Positions 15,617 through 25,166 of a stretch of DNA of 32,000 nt are shown in pieces; the first letter of the stretch is position 1; every line of letters starts with the position of its first letter. The notes under the pieces were generated by a model. The model searched no databases. It had not been told where the DNA came from and saw only the letters and a list, made by a program, of their open reading frames with translations. The position numbers and the translations under genes were made by a program. The stretch is from contig JBHLMI010000002.1 in NCBI GenBank assembly GCA_048938295.1, positions 1-32,000 of the forward strand, given 5' to 3'. Source of the stretch: Promethearchaeota archaeon (GTDB taxonomy: Archaea > Asgardarchaeota > Hermodarchaeia > Hermodarchaeales > Hermodarchaeaceae).

Positions 15617-16045
15617 CTGAACATCCCTACTATAGAAGACCTGCTGAGAGGCGAAAATAGCATCTTCTTAGCCACAGCTGAAGATGATCAACCTCGAGTA
15701 CGCCCAGTGACACTTGTCGAGAATAATGGAGAACTATATGTCTTAACTGGTACTGCAGATGCGAAAGTTGAACAGATTAAACAGAATGAAAAGATCGAAG
15801 TTGTTCGACTGATTCGCTTCGAGGAAGGGGGAGGATATGTGCGGTTCAGCGGACTTGCGAAGATTATCACAGACAAAATCACTCGTAGTCGACTAGCCAA
15901 AGAGACGTCGTTTTTTTCCAATTACTTCAAATCTGCCGATGATCTAAAATTTACGCTTCTACACCTAATTCCGAAAAAGATTGAATACATGAAACCAGGC
16001 CAGATGTATCCAGATCCCGTCGAAAAACTTGATTTCACAAGGTAG
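15617..16045 (+). CDS. Pyridoxamine 5'-phosphate oxidase-like FMN-binding split-barrel protein
   Basis: FLATAEDDQPRVRPV, KVEQIKQNEKIEV, YVRFSGLAKI. Start either CTG 15617 (SD GGAGGT 8 nt upstream) or ATG 15575 inside the M42 gene. Confidence 0.8.
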   Translation: MNIPTIEDLLRGENSIFLATAEDDQPRVRPVTLVENNGELYVLTGTADAKVEQIKQNEKIEVVRLIRFEEGGGYVRFSGLAKIITDKITRSRLAKETSFFSNYFKSADDLKFTLLHLIPKKIEYMKPGQMYPDPVEKLDFTR

Positions 16046-16172
16046 AAGCTGGAATCTAGTAAGCAGAGTAACCTATTTCAGGGAGAGTTAGTACTGTTCT
16101 TTAACCGGGATTATTTGCGGCAAAGATGGTTCTGGTTCAGGAACCGGTGTGGGTAATCGGAGGTCTAGCGCA

Positions 16173-18332
16173 ATGGAGCAGAACGGTATAGGTGCCGACG
16201 ATCGAAGCGTAGTCATGCAGCCAGCTCTGAAACTTGAGGGATATTGCGTCAAAGTTGAGGGGGAAGAGCTCCCCCTTTACAGTGGCTCGGTCGATTATTG
16301 GCGAATTCCATCCAATAAATGGGAGGCGGTTCTTACTCGTATAGCAGGTTTAGGCTTCCGAATGGTTTCAGTAGCGATTCCATGGAATATACATGAAGTA
16401 GCTAGTGACCTGTTTGATTTTGGTAAGACCAATAAACAACGCGACATCGAAGCGTTTCTTACCCTTTGCCGAGAAAAGGGACTCTATGTGATTGTGCACC
16501 TGGGACCCTGTCTTGACGCTGAACTTAATTACTATGGTTTTCCGAAACGCCTGCTCTATGATCCCGAGATTCAGGCTGTGAGTGCCTACGGGACCCGTGT
16601 GATAATTCCTGCAATACCGAATCCATTTCCTATGCCAAGCTATGCAAGTGAAAAGTTCTATGATGAGGTATCTAAGTTCTTTGATGTGGTCTGTCCTATA
16701 ATCACTCGACATCTTGCACCCGGTGGTCCAATTATCGGAGTCCACATCGACAATGATTTACCACGCATCTTTTTGAATGGTCCATTCAGCGCTGATTATT
16801 CAGCCCATGCTTTACGGTGGTATCATGAATTTCTGAATAGTAAGTATCCATCGATTGGGGGGTTGAACAGAGCCTATCGTACCCGGTACAGTCGGTTCAC
16901 TGAAATCGAACCACCTCGAGCCCTAGCAGCCACTGAGCATGAAGCCCTCCCCAGGTACCTCGATTGGATGGAATTCCAAGAATACTATGTGGGGTTAGCC
17001 CTTAGCGTGCTGGCTAGCTTGCTTTGGTCACGTGGAGTCCGAGGAGTCCTTACTCTGCACAATACCCGATCCATCTACCCTACCTTGCCCTTGTCTGTTG
17101 GGCGAACAGAAAAGGAGTTAGATATTCAAGGCGTCGGGCTCTATCTCAGTCAGTCACATTATGACAGAATTCGACGTGGTGCGTTATACCTTAGTACTGT
17201 GAGTCGTTCACCCTACATTTCTGAGGGGGGAATAGGCGTTTGGCCTTGGGGTCCAGGTTTGCAGCCCACCGATCAGCAGTTTGCGATACTCGTTGCGTTG
17301 ATGTATGGATTTCGAGGATTTAATGCCCATATGCTGGTTGGGCGAAATCGTTGGCTTGGAAGTCCCATATCAGAGATAGGTGAAGCCGATGATGCCAACT
17401 CAGCATTCATGAAGCGATTACTTGAGGTGTTAAATGCTGTTGAATTCCATACTTTACAGCGCAACGTCCCTGTATTGTTGCTGCGCAACTTCGAGTATGA
17501 GCGGCTCCAACGCATGTGCACAAACTCCAATTGGCTGACCCATATGTTGGGAATTCCAGACGATTTGTTACTGGGTAACCGAACATTTAGTTATACGGAA
17601 ACGATCCAGAAAGCCTATCCCGCTCTGTGGGATGCCTACTATTGGGGATTGACCCTATCTAAGATCCCCTTTGCCATCGGTGATAGCACCATGGACCTGC
17701 CAGCGTTAAACCGATATCAGGCCCTGATTATTCCGAGTTTCGATTTTATGTCCGATGAGCTGCAGTCCAAGATAATGGATTTTGTCGAACGAGGTGGTAC
17801 AGCCATTCTTGGTCCGGAACTACCCTACCTGGGAATGGATATGCGTGGGTGCTCCGTGATAGCTGACCGTGCAGGCATTCAGCCCACATCGACCCGTCGA
17901 CCATTAGTTGGGCTTCACGATCCCTTTACTCTTATAGATGATAAAATTCAAGTGGGAAACCGTTCCGCTGGGGAAGTCAAGCAGGTAGGTAAAGGGACAA
18001 TTGTCTATCTTGGAATAACAATGCCTCCAACCCTGAATCGTGATGAAGCAATGGAAGCAGAAACTGTTATCACCAAATCCTTGAAGCATCTAAACTTGAG
18101 TGCTATAGGAGATGCACAAAATCCATCTGTTGATGAAATTCATTGGGGTGTTCGGGCCCCTAATGTAATCTTTCAGGTAAACGCTACTAACCAACCACAA
18201 TCAGTTACCCTAAAGGTAGCCAAACGCGTGATAATTCGAGATCTTTGGACCGGTGAACAGCTACCTGATAAAGGTCCTCAGGAAATCGAACTACAAGCCC
18301 ATGAATTACGTATTTTCGAGGTGGTTCGATGA
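16173..18332 (+). CDS. GH35/GH42-like beta-galactosidase-family glycoside hydrolase
   Basis: SGSVDYWR...W...L......G...V...IPWNIHE...FDF, GGPIIGVHIDND, ISEGGIG nucleophile region and a C-terminal trimerisation-like domain. Start set at ATG 16173 (SD GGAGGT 8 nt upstream); no signal peptide. Confidence 0.85.
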   Translation: MEQNGIGADDRSVVMQPALKLEGYCVKVEGEELPLYSGSVDYWRIPSNKWEAVLTRIAGLGFRMVSVAIPWNIHEVASDLFDFGKTNKQRDIEAFLTLCREKGLYVIVHLGPCLDAELNYYGFPKRLLYDPEIQAVSAYGTRVIIPAIPNPFPMPSYASEKFYDEVSKFFDVVCPIITRHLAPGGPIIGVHIDNDLPRIFLNGPFSADYSAHALRWYHEFLNSKYPSIGGLNRAYRTRYSRFTEIEPPRALAATEHEALPRYLDWMEFQEYYVGLALSVLASLLWSRGVRGVLTLHNTRSIYPTLPLSVGRTEKELDIQGVGLYLSQSHYDRIRRGALYLSTVSRSPYISEGGIGVWPWGPGLQPTDQQFAILVALMYGFRGFNAHMLVGRNRWLGSPISEIGEADDANSAFMKRLLEVLNAVEFHTLQRNVPVLLLRNFEYERLQRMCTNSNWLTHMLGIPDDLLLGNRTFSYTETIQKAYPALWDAYYWGLTLSKIPFAIGDSTMDLPALNRYQALIIPSFDFMSDELQSKIMDFVERGGTAILGPELPYLGMDMRGCSVIADRAGIQPTSTRRPLVGLHDPFTLIDDKIQVGNRSAGEVKQVGKGTIVYLGITMPPTLNRDEAMEAETVITKSLKHLNLSAIGDAQNPSVDEIHWGVRAPNVIFQVNATNQPQSVTLKVAKRVIIRDLWTGEQLPDKGPQEIELQAHELRIFEVVR

Positions 18333-19120
18333 GACGTCTCGACCAGAATTTTGAATTTGTGAATATGAAGAGCGCTCATTGGTTCAATTTACTGTCCAGC
18401 TTACCCCAATTTACGAGCGAGCGTGGAGCACTTTTTCTACTATACAAAGGAGCTGAAATCATCCATGCTTTTCATTCACTCCAAGGTATCCGACCAGACC
18501 TCACGGGTCCCTTTTCCACGCCCTCCATCCTTGTGCAGCAGATGCAACAACGAGAAGATGTTGATGCAGTCTTTATGATTGAGCAGGGACTCGTTCTCTA
18601 TCTGATTGCGAAGATGCAGGGTGCTTTTACTCCAGAAATGGACATCTTCCAATACTTGGAACTGGCTCAAACCAGCCTGGAAGAGGAAATCGGGAGACGA
18701 GTTTATATTTGGCCTCAGGAATTCTGGAATAAGGGTTTGTTTAAACTCTTCGAACGGACACGCAATGTATTGGACGCGTTACCTAGTAACTATATTTGTC
18801 TTCTCACAGTCTTTGAGGAGAACTCCATCTGGGCAAGTCTGATCATCGAAGGAGTAAACGGCCAAATCCATCGAATTACCTCCACACAGGCATTAGAGCC
18901 AGTGGCAATTACGATTTCTGATTGGCAAACAGATTATCCAAAATTACTTGAGCTCGTTACAAAAAAAATTGGCTCCCCCACCTTGGGAGTGTTTACCGAT
19001 GATGAAACACTCCGTTTTCTATTGCGTAGTGAGACACCACTTGAGTTTATCCGCCAGGCCCGTCGAACGAATCAGATTATATTAGATCCTTTGCCCAGCC
19101 AGATTCGTAATCAACTCTAG
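18329..19120 (+). CDS. Hypothetical alpha/beta protein translationally coupled to the glycosidase
   Basis: ATGA overlap with the GH35 stop; 263-aa globular composition; family not recognised. Confidence 0.75.
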   Translation: MRRLDQNFEFVNMKSAHWFNLLSSLPQFTSERGALFLLYKGAEIIHAFHSLQGIRPDLTGPFSTPSILVQQMQQREDVDAVFMIEQGLVLYLIAKMQGAFTPEMDIFQYLELAQTSLEEEIGRRVYIWPQEFWNKGLFKLFERTRNVLDALPSNYICLLTVFEENSIWASLIIEGVNGQIHRITSTQALEPVAITISDWQTDYPKLLELVTKKIGSPTLGVFTDDETLRFLLRSETPLEFIRQARRTNQIILDPLPSQIRNQL

Positions 19121-19135
19121 CATTCGACCGTCAAA

Positions 19136-20077
19136 TTATCGTCTTCGCCACACATAGAACGCCAAAACGAATACCACTATGATAATCAAGACACCGCCGA
19201 TGAGGAGGCCTAGCTCGGGTAGAATGCCACTGGGTGTTAAGGGTGGATCTCCCAAATCAACTTGAAGTGACAAATTGCCAAGATAGCTATCATCAAGTAC
19301 AGGATGAGGTGCCGTGTTGTCACACATCTCAGCAAAGTATGGAAATGCTGGGAAAACCACCGTTGTAATGTAGTTGCGACTCAGTGGGGCAGCGAATGCG
19401 AAGGCTTCCTCGACAGTCACTTCACCATCGGTATTAGAATCGGCGGATCCGTTGATTAGAGCATTTGTGAAAAAGTGAGTGAAGACCTCTCCGATAATGG
19501 GTAGTCCTTCTTCGGGCGATCCGGCCCAGCCGTATTCGTCCGCTTCCGTCGATGCGATGTGAATATGGGGTGAGGGATCATCATAGAGGGGGTTAAGTAA
19601 CAATTCAGATGTACACGAGGCAACGACGAAGAGCTTTTCTTGACTTTCAAGGTTCATCCATTGCTGTGGGAACCAGGTATTCCAGTAAGCATCCGAGAGA
19701 AGATAGTTACCGTGGGCAAAAACGAAAAACAACACGATATCATTAGCATCTGCATTCATTGCGAGAAAGTGAAGCGCAGCTTCCCCGGCTTGCTGAGTAA
19801 TTTCGCCTTGATGGATGAGAATATGGTGGGTTTGCCAACCCAATGTCTGAAGGGTTAAATTCCATTTCTGCGAGTCGGCATACCCGGTGTCCAAATCATT
19901 GCCAGAGGAATAGAAATTCATTTCCATCAAAACCGCCCAGCCTTCCCGAGGATTCTCGTTGGATTGGATGGAAGAACCTACTGGAGCGGCAGCGATCCCG
20001 GCTAGACAGGACAGAGAACCAAGTAGTAATAACAGGAGAAAATACCAGTGAATTTGACCTTGTAGGGATAGGTTCAC
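19136..20077 (-). CDS. Secreted, C-terminally anchored caspase-like (clan CD, C13/C14-like) peptidase
   Basis: Signal peptide after GTG 20077 (SD AGGTGG). Catalytic dyad FFVFAHG / VVASC, ASTEADEYG, FTHFF..AL, EF-hand-like DSNTDGEVTVEE, and a TM + RRR tail. Confidence 0.75.
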   Translation of the reverse strand: MNLSLQGQIHWYFLLLLLLGSLSCLAGIAAAPVGSSIQSNENPREGWAVLMEMNFYSSGNDLDTGYADSQKWNLTLQTLGWQTHHILIHQGEITQQAGEAALHFLAMNADANDIVLFFVFAHGNYLLSDAYWNTWFPQQWMNLESQEKLFVVASCTSELLLNPLYDDPSPHIHIASTEADEYGWAGSPEEGLPIIGEVFTHFFTNALINGSADSNTDGEVTVEEAFAFAAPLSRNYITTVVFPAFPYFAEMCDNTAPHPVLDDSYLGNLSLQVDLGDPPLTPSGILPELGLLIGGVLIIIVVFVLAFYVWRRR

Positions 20078-20256
20078 GATGTACCCACCTGTACGAAACC
20101 TCTTCAAGTTTATTATTACGGATTCAAAATACTTTGGTCTTTTCAATATGTAAAAAGAGAAAGGGACCACCCACTAATCTGTCATGAGGAATTGAATACA
20201 GCTTTTCAAAACAGAGGCGAGATTTTTAGTTGGAGAGATCAAACTTGGGCCAAACA

Positions 20257-21102
20257 CTAGGATGACCTACGTGTAATCTCAGCTAACCGTTTACGTAGTT
20301 GCTTCCGCTTGCGTTTATAGAAACTCGGACTGATTCGGTTTTCGGAGTGTTGAAGTTCAAGGGCACCAAGGAGATTGAGGATGGCTTCTCTCTCGATTTC
20401 TGTCTCAGAAAGGCGGGCAGAAGGTGCACCTGTAAGCGCTTCTGTGTGAACTAATTTCGATGAGACATCTACATCAACGGTCTCAGGCGCTTCATAGCGG
20501 ATGATGACTTTCTCAGAATCAAGGTCATCGATGTGTGACTGGAACTTTGATTCAATCTCATCCCGTGACTGCGAAGTGACGATTAGTTCATCGTGAATGG
20601 CAAGGGCAGCTGGACGATTCTTCAAAAGTGGTCTAAGCCATTTTGGCAGGTCCTGATCGCGAGTATCCTCCTCATCATCGTATTCAGTAGCTTCGCGTTC
20701 ATCAGGAATCGAAGGGGTTGGTTCTGATGATTCAGCATTACTTCGTTGTCTTTGCAGTGTTCGGTAGCGACGTCGAGTGTCCAGACGATGCCTAGCTCGC
20801 TGTGCCTGCAGTCTTGACCGATCTCCAGAAATTTCGACACCCCACGCTGCAACAGATACGACACCAAAGACCCCAGCAATGATGAAGAAGAGTAATGCAG
20901 AGAAGAGAAGCAGCGTAAAGACATCATGATTCGTTATCGAAAAAAACATTGAACCGTAAAATAAGACTATACCACCCACGAGGCACCCAATGAACCCTAA
21001 CACAAATACATACCGAGAAGGAATTGGCCTCCTAAATCTTCTTTGTGATCGAGACGCCGTATGACTGTTTAGATTGCCTTCCGAAGCTTGCTGAATTCTC
21101 AT
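20257..21102 (-). CDS. Two-TM membrane protein with acidic/disordered linker and SHOCT-like C-terminal helical hairpin
   Basis: Two hydrophobic helices at about residues 31-87; C-terminus EAILNLLGALELQHSENRISPSFYKRKRKQL. Confidence 0.65.
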   Translation of the reverse strand: MRIQQASEGNLNSHTASRSQRRFRRPIPSRYVFVLGFIGCLVGGIVLFYGSMFFSITNHDVFTLLLFSALLFFIIAGVFGVVSVAAWGVEISGDRSRLQAQRARHRLDTRRRYRTLQRQRSNAESSEPTPSIPDEREATEYDDEEDTRDQDLPKWLRPLLKNRPAALAIHDELIVTSQSRDEIESKFQSHIDDLDSEKVIIRYEAPETVDVDVSSKLVHTEALTGAPSARLSETEIEREAILNLLGALELQHSENRISPSFYKRKRKQLRKRLAEITRRSS

Positions 21103-21166
21103 CGCTTTATTACATTCCCTTGGTTGTCTCTTATTCTATATTCACCAAATTTTTAATTATCGGGTA

Positions 21167-21427
21167 TTAGGAGCGAAGCAATCCCACATGGGCCAGAATG
21201 AGAATGAAAAAGATGATGAGCCCAATATAAAATGCAAATGCGCCTATCCATTTGATGAAATCTACGGGAAGGAATAATTGCCAAACTAGGTAGGGAGCAA
21301 GTGTGTAGAGTGTAAACCCAATTAGCACACAAAACACTCCACAAAAAAGTAGAATGAGGAACACTCAACGGTTTGGCCTCCTTTGAACAGGAGAATAAAT
21401 TTTGTCTGATCTGGGCTCGATTTCCAT
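21167..21427 (-). pseudogene. Small two-TM membrane protein interrupted by an in-frame TGA (21365-21367), or a 20-aa leader directly followed by a 65-aa GTG-started ORF
   Basis: GGAGGTGG-ATG(21427) gives MEIEPRSDKIYSPVQRRPNR, then TGA, then in the same frame VFLILLFCGVFC...GLLRS* (TAA 21167-21169). Confidence 0.5.
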
Positions 21428-21645
21428 CCACCTCCAACTTACAAATGAAAATCGTCCCATAAATCATATCGGTTTCATATCAGAAGAGAATTATCAGGGC
21501 TTAGAAAGAGGTCTAGGAGGTTGTTACACAGCTATTTCGATCTTCAAGCCTGATTCACTTGGAAGGTTTTTCCATCTCTATTACATGAAATTTTGATGAC
21601 ACTCACATTGAAATTCCGAAATTAGATTCAAAAGATCGTTTTGTA

Positions 21646-24591
21646 CTATTTCTTTATTTTAAACTGGAGAGTACGAATCTGAAAGGGAGCAATACTCATT
21701 TCAACATGAGATGTATTTGCGACTGCTAGTGGAGTATCGCTAGTTGGTTCTTCATTAAGGTTGACGGGAGTAACCTTTGTAACCTCCAAGTGGGTTTGGA
21801 TTCTTGCCATTCCTGTAGCTCCGCTAATTTCGTATACGCGGAGAATGGTTGAATCGGTGTTTTCGGATTTCTTCAAACAGCTAAAGGTGCAGTGGGGATT
21901 ATCGATTGAAAGAAAGCTTTGATCAGGTGGAAGGTGGCCATTATTTGTAATGGAAAGTTGGATGGCTCTCATTGGAGTAACAAAGAGTTGGGTTTGTTGT
22001 AGTGTTTGCTTATTTCTCCATGACTTGGGATGAGGGAATATAGAATAGTGCATGGTATGATGCCCTAAGCATTGTGCCTTGGGCGTTGCGAGTTCTGGAC
22101 CTGCGTGTCCACGGCGGGTCGTTAAGTCAGCCCGGGAAAGCGATCCAACTGATCGAAGGAGTGTCAAGGCAATAGTACGTTTTTCGTCATCAATCACCTC
22201 GTATTCAGGGAGCCCTCGCGTGGCGATAAGCAAACCTGCCTTGCCATCATTTACATCTACGAAGCTTTGGAGGGCATGTGTGGTTGCGGAGTCTTCGAAC
22301 CAACCAAGGGGTTTACCCGGAATATTTGGTGCTTTGAGAATTGAGGTGAGGTAGTAGTCTATCATCATGGGGTAGAGCTGAGCTTCCCAGGTTTGAGAAG
22401 CAGCTTTAATTGGTCGTTCTGTGACATGGAACGGAGTATCGGCACATGCGGTGGTAGTGTTTAGGTCTGTTGGGAAAAGGACCCGGAGTCGGTGGTCCTT
22501 TGCCGTATTGGTTAATATGGTTTGAATATCGACTCGTGGAGAATAGGCAGATACTGTGATTAGACTTTGAATGGGTATTGTCACTCTCTGGGAGCTTCGG
22601 CGTTGGCGATTAGTGAGGATTTCTTTTGGAACTCTAATCCTTGTTGAAATCAAGAGTGAAGCTGTGATTGGCCCCGCTTCAACTACGCTTATCCTTGTGT
22701 TCGGTACGTCTTGCGTGGTGATACAGGAATCCTGAGCGGGAGGACAGTAGTTGTATTCGTCACCGATATCACCTGTGTCTTCCAAAACGTGAAGATTGGT
22801 GTACTCTTTGTGTGTGGGTTTATGGTAGAGAGTGACTGAACCGTTTCGGGTAGATATGTATAGTCGTATGAACGTGTTTTCAATAGAATACACTTTATCC
22901 TCTTGTTTAACTGAGAGGAGGGGAGTTGACGGGGTTAAATCATTAGAGGCTCGTTGGGCTAAATAGAAGGTGGCGTGTCCGAGTCCAGGAATGTCCCGCG
23001 CAGGAAAAGTGACCAACAGATAGTCTGTAAGATTTGGGACGTATGTTTCACCTGCATAGGGTTCAGGAAGGGTGTGAACAGCAATTGACCTATTTATGGC
23101 TGGATCGAGAGCTGTTGCTTTCTGACATTGGAAGGGAACAGCTTCTCCAACTGAATTATAGAGGACGAAGGGATTGGCACCGTCTACGCGGTTAGGTAGG
23201 TGAAGAAGAATGCGGACAATATCTGTTGCGTTCCACGAATGTGGGTTGAACACCCGTAATGCAACAAGCAGTTCATGTGGTAGCGTTGAAGGAGAAGTGG
23301 AAGTGGTTTGCTGGTTAACATACGAAATGGCTTCGCTGAGCAACTGATTTCCGATTTGTTGAACTCCTGCGAACCGTCGGTCCATATCAGCGTGAGTTGC
23401 GTCGACACTGCAACCGCAGATAGAATCATGGGGGTGGTTCTGGAGGAGAAGTTTCCAAGCGTATTGGAGAGGAACCGTAGGGTAGGGAGCTCCAAGCCAC
23501 CAAGCGATTGTGCTAAAGGGTTCAACCCACCGTTCGAGCAGTTGTTGGCAGATGAAATTTTTTTGTTTAAGATAGAGACGAGAGGAAAATACACCGGGAA
23601 GAACGGGGACATACTTGCTGGCGTGTTGTTCTCCTTCAATAATCGGCAATTCTGTGAGGATCACTTCGTTTCGGACGATATCGATATAGTCCTGTAGCGT
23701 ACCGTGATGGAATGTGACTCCTTGTAATTCTTTGAGGAAGTCAGTAAACAATTGGTCAATGAATGGACTGAGTTCATCAAGACCAGTTACTTCTTTGTCT
23801 ATAGGACTTTTCCCGAACTCACTAAGTAATTGTGTAACTTGTTTTCCTGCCAAAATATCCTGTGATTGGAGACGTTGATTCAATGCCTGAATGAGTGGGG
23901 GAAGATGGGGTTGAGGGGGAAGGTGGTCACTTCCGTTCATGAGAAGAGCAGCGGATGTGGTTCCTCTTAGAGATAGAACATTTAGTGGCATAAGGAGTTG
24001 AGCCAATGCTGAATCCACAGAATCTGGGAGATTTGCTGCAGTTGAATAACTCGTCCGTAAATGAATAAGGAGCACTTCTGAGCCATCAGGTGCTCGCCAA
24101 CGAAGTTCTGTTGGCAGAGTTCTTCCGTGATCTTCTAATCCGCGCCACCAAATACTAGCCGTAATGTCGAAACCGTTGAGAATCTGGGGAAGTTGAGCGA
24201 TGTGTCCAAAAGGATCGGGGACATATCCTATGGACATCACATTTCCAAATTGACTTGCGGTTTGACTTCCATAGAGTAAATTACGGATCAGTGATTCTCC
24301 GCTGACTAAAAATTCGTCAGCGAGTACATACCATGGACCAATTTGTATGCGATTTTGACTAATGAGTTGCTGCAATCGATTGCGGTTTTCTGGTCGGAGC
24401 GCAAGATAGTCCTCGAGGATAATGGTCTGGCCATCTAAGTTGAAGTAGCGATATTTCGGATTGTTTTCCATGAGTTCGATGAGCTGATCTAAAGTCTTAA
24501 CCAGTAGCCACCGGAAATCTTCAAAGGGAAGATACCATTCGCGATCCCAATGCGTATGACTGACCAGGATCACTTTTTGAAGCTTTGGCAT
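21646..24591 (-). CDS. GH38 alpha-mannosidase (MngB-like)
   Basis: SHTHWDREWY, FNLDGQT, GPWYVLADEFLVSGESLIRNL, GYVPDPFGH (nucleophile), NGSDH, HDSICGCS and a C-terminal beta-sandwich. ATG 24591 (track uses GTG 24600). Confidence 0.93.
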   Translation of the reverse strand: MPKLQKVILVSHTHWDREWYLPFEDFRWLLVKTLDQLIELMENNPKYRYFNLDGQTIILEDYLALRPENRNRLQQLISQNRIQIGPWYVLADEFLVSGESLIRNLLYGSQTASQFGNVMSIGYVPDPFGHIAQLPQILNGFDITASIWWRGLEDHGRTLPTELRWRAPDGSEVLLIHLRTSYSTAANLPDSVDSALAQLLMPLNVLSLRGTTSAALLMNGSDHLPPQPHLPPLIQALNQRLQSQDILAGKQVTQLLSEFGKSPIDKEVTGLDELSPFIDQLFTDFLKELQGVTFHHGTLQDYIDIVRNEVILTELPIIEGEQHASKYVPVLPGVFSSRLYLKQKNFICQQLLERWVEPFSTIAWWLGAPYPTVPLQYAWKLLLQNHPHDSICGCSVDATHADMDRRFAGVQQIGNQLLSEAISYVNQQTTSTSPSTLPHELLVALRVFNPHSWNATDIVRILLHLPNRVDGANPFVLYNSVGEAVPFQCQKATALDPAINRSIAVHTLPEPYAGETYVPNLTDYLLVTFPARDIPGLGHATFYLAQRASNDLTPSTPLLSVKQEDKVYSIENTFIRLYISTRNGSVTLYHKPTHKEYTNLHVLEDTGDIGDEYNYCPPAQDSCITTQDVPNTRISVVEAGPITASLLISTRIRVPKEILTNRQRRSSQRVTIPIQSLITVSAYSPRVDIQTILTNTAKDHRLRVLFPTDLNTTTACADTPFHVTERPIKAASQTWEAQLYPMMIDYYLTSILKAPNIPGKPLGWFEDSATTHALQSFVDVNDGKAGLLIATRGLPEYEVIDDEKRTIALTLLRSVGSLSRADLTTRRGHAGPELATPKAQCLGHHTMHYSIFPHPKSWRNKQTLQQTQLFVTPMRAIQLSITNNGHLPPDQSFLSIDNPHCTFSCLKKSENTDSTILRVYEISGATGMARIQTHLEVTKVTPVNLNEEPTSDTPLAVANTSHVEMSIAPFQIRTLQFKIKK

Positions 24592-24817
24592 CTTAAACAC
24601 CGAACGAGGTACTTAAGAGGATAGGTGTGTGGTTCGTTGACTTATACTCTTGTGTCGTTCGCAACATGAAAGCGGTAATTGTTTTCATCCAAAGTCTTAG
24701 TGTTTGAAATTTCACGTCAAAGGGCATGGTTCGGGCTTTTGGCAAGCTGTTCACTTATCGCCGACCCTCTCTGGCTTTTAGTATGCAAGTGTTCAATCTT
24801 TCTTCTGAGGAGGCGTA

Positions 24818-25075
24818 TTGAACGTGACCTATCTGGTGCAACCTCAAGCAGAAGCCGATCGTATTTTATGGGAAGTTCTTCGTGAGCTTCAACCACATCG
24901 TGACCCCACCCAGCATAGTGCGATGCTAAGAGCCAACCAAGTACAACGGCTCCGACCCCTATTAGATTATGTTTGTCGACTTCATTGGCGGGCAGGACCC
25001 ACTGAGGAAGGGGAGGCGGCCTTGAAGCGTTTCGTCTACAGATTTCTGAGCGGGGATATCCCGTTTTATGATTAG
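24818..25075 (+). CDS. Small hypothetical protein (85 aa)
   Basis: Strong SD GAGGAGG 4 nt upstream of TTG; tandem stops TAG TGA; fills an otherwise empty gap. Confidence 0.6.
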   Translation: MNVTYLVQPQAEADRILWEVLRELQPHRDPTQHSAMLRANQVQRLRPLLDYVCRLHWRAGPTEEGEAALKRFVYRFLSGDIPFYD

Positions 25076-25108
25076 TGATGCTTCAGCCATTACTTAAAAG
25101 AAGGTTTG

Positions 25109-25144
25109 AGGAGAGGAGCCCAGCCGCTGGGGGTATCCTCTCCT
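25109..25144. terminator. GC-rich hairpin between convergent genes
   Basis: AGGAGAGGA...CCCAG-CCG-CTGGG...TCCTCTCCT. Confidence 0.5.
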
Positions 25145-25166
25145 TAGACATTCATCTCGTGGATTC

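Noticed and set aside
21365-21367. Selenocysteine recoding of the in-frame TGA
   Set aside because: No SECIS-like stem (AUGA/AA/GA) visible downstream of 21167, and the context suggests Trp/Tyr rather than a redox Cys.
21153-21467. 104-aa ORF overlapping the small membrane gene
   Set aside because: Composition is not protein-like; the alternative frame gives a coherent two-TM protein.
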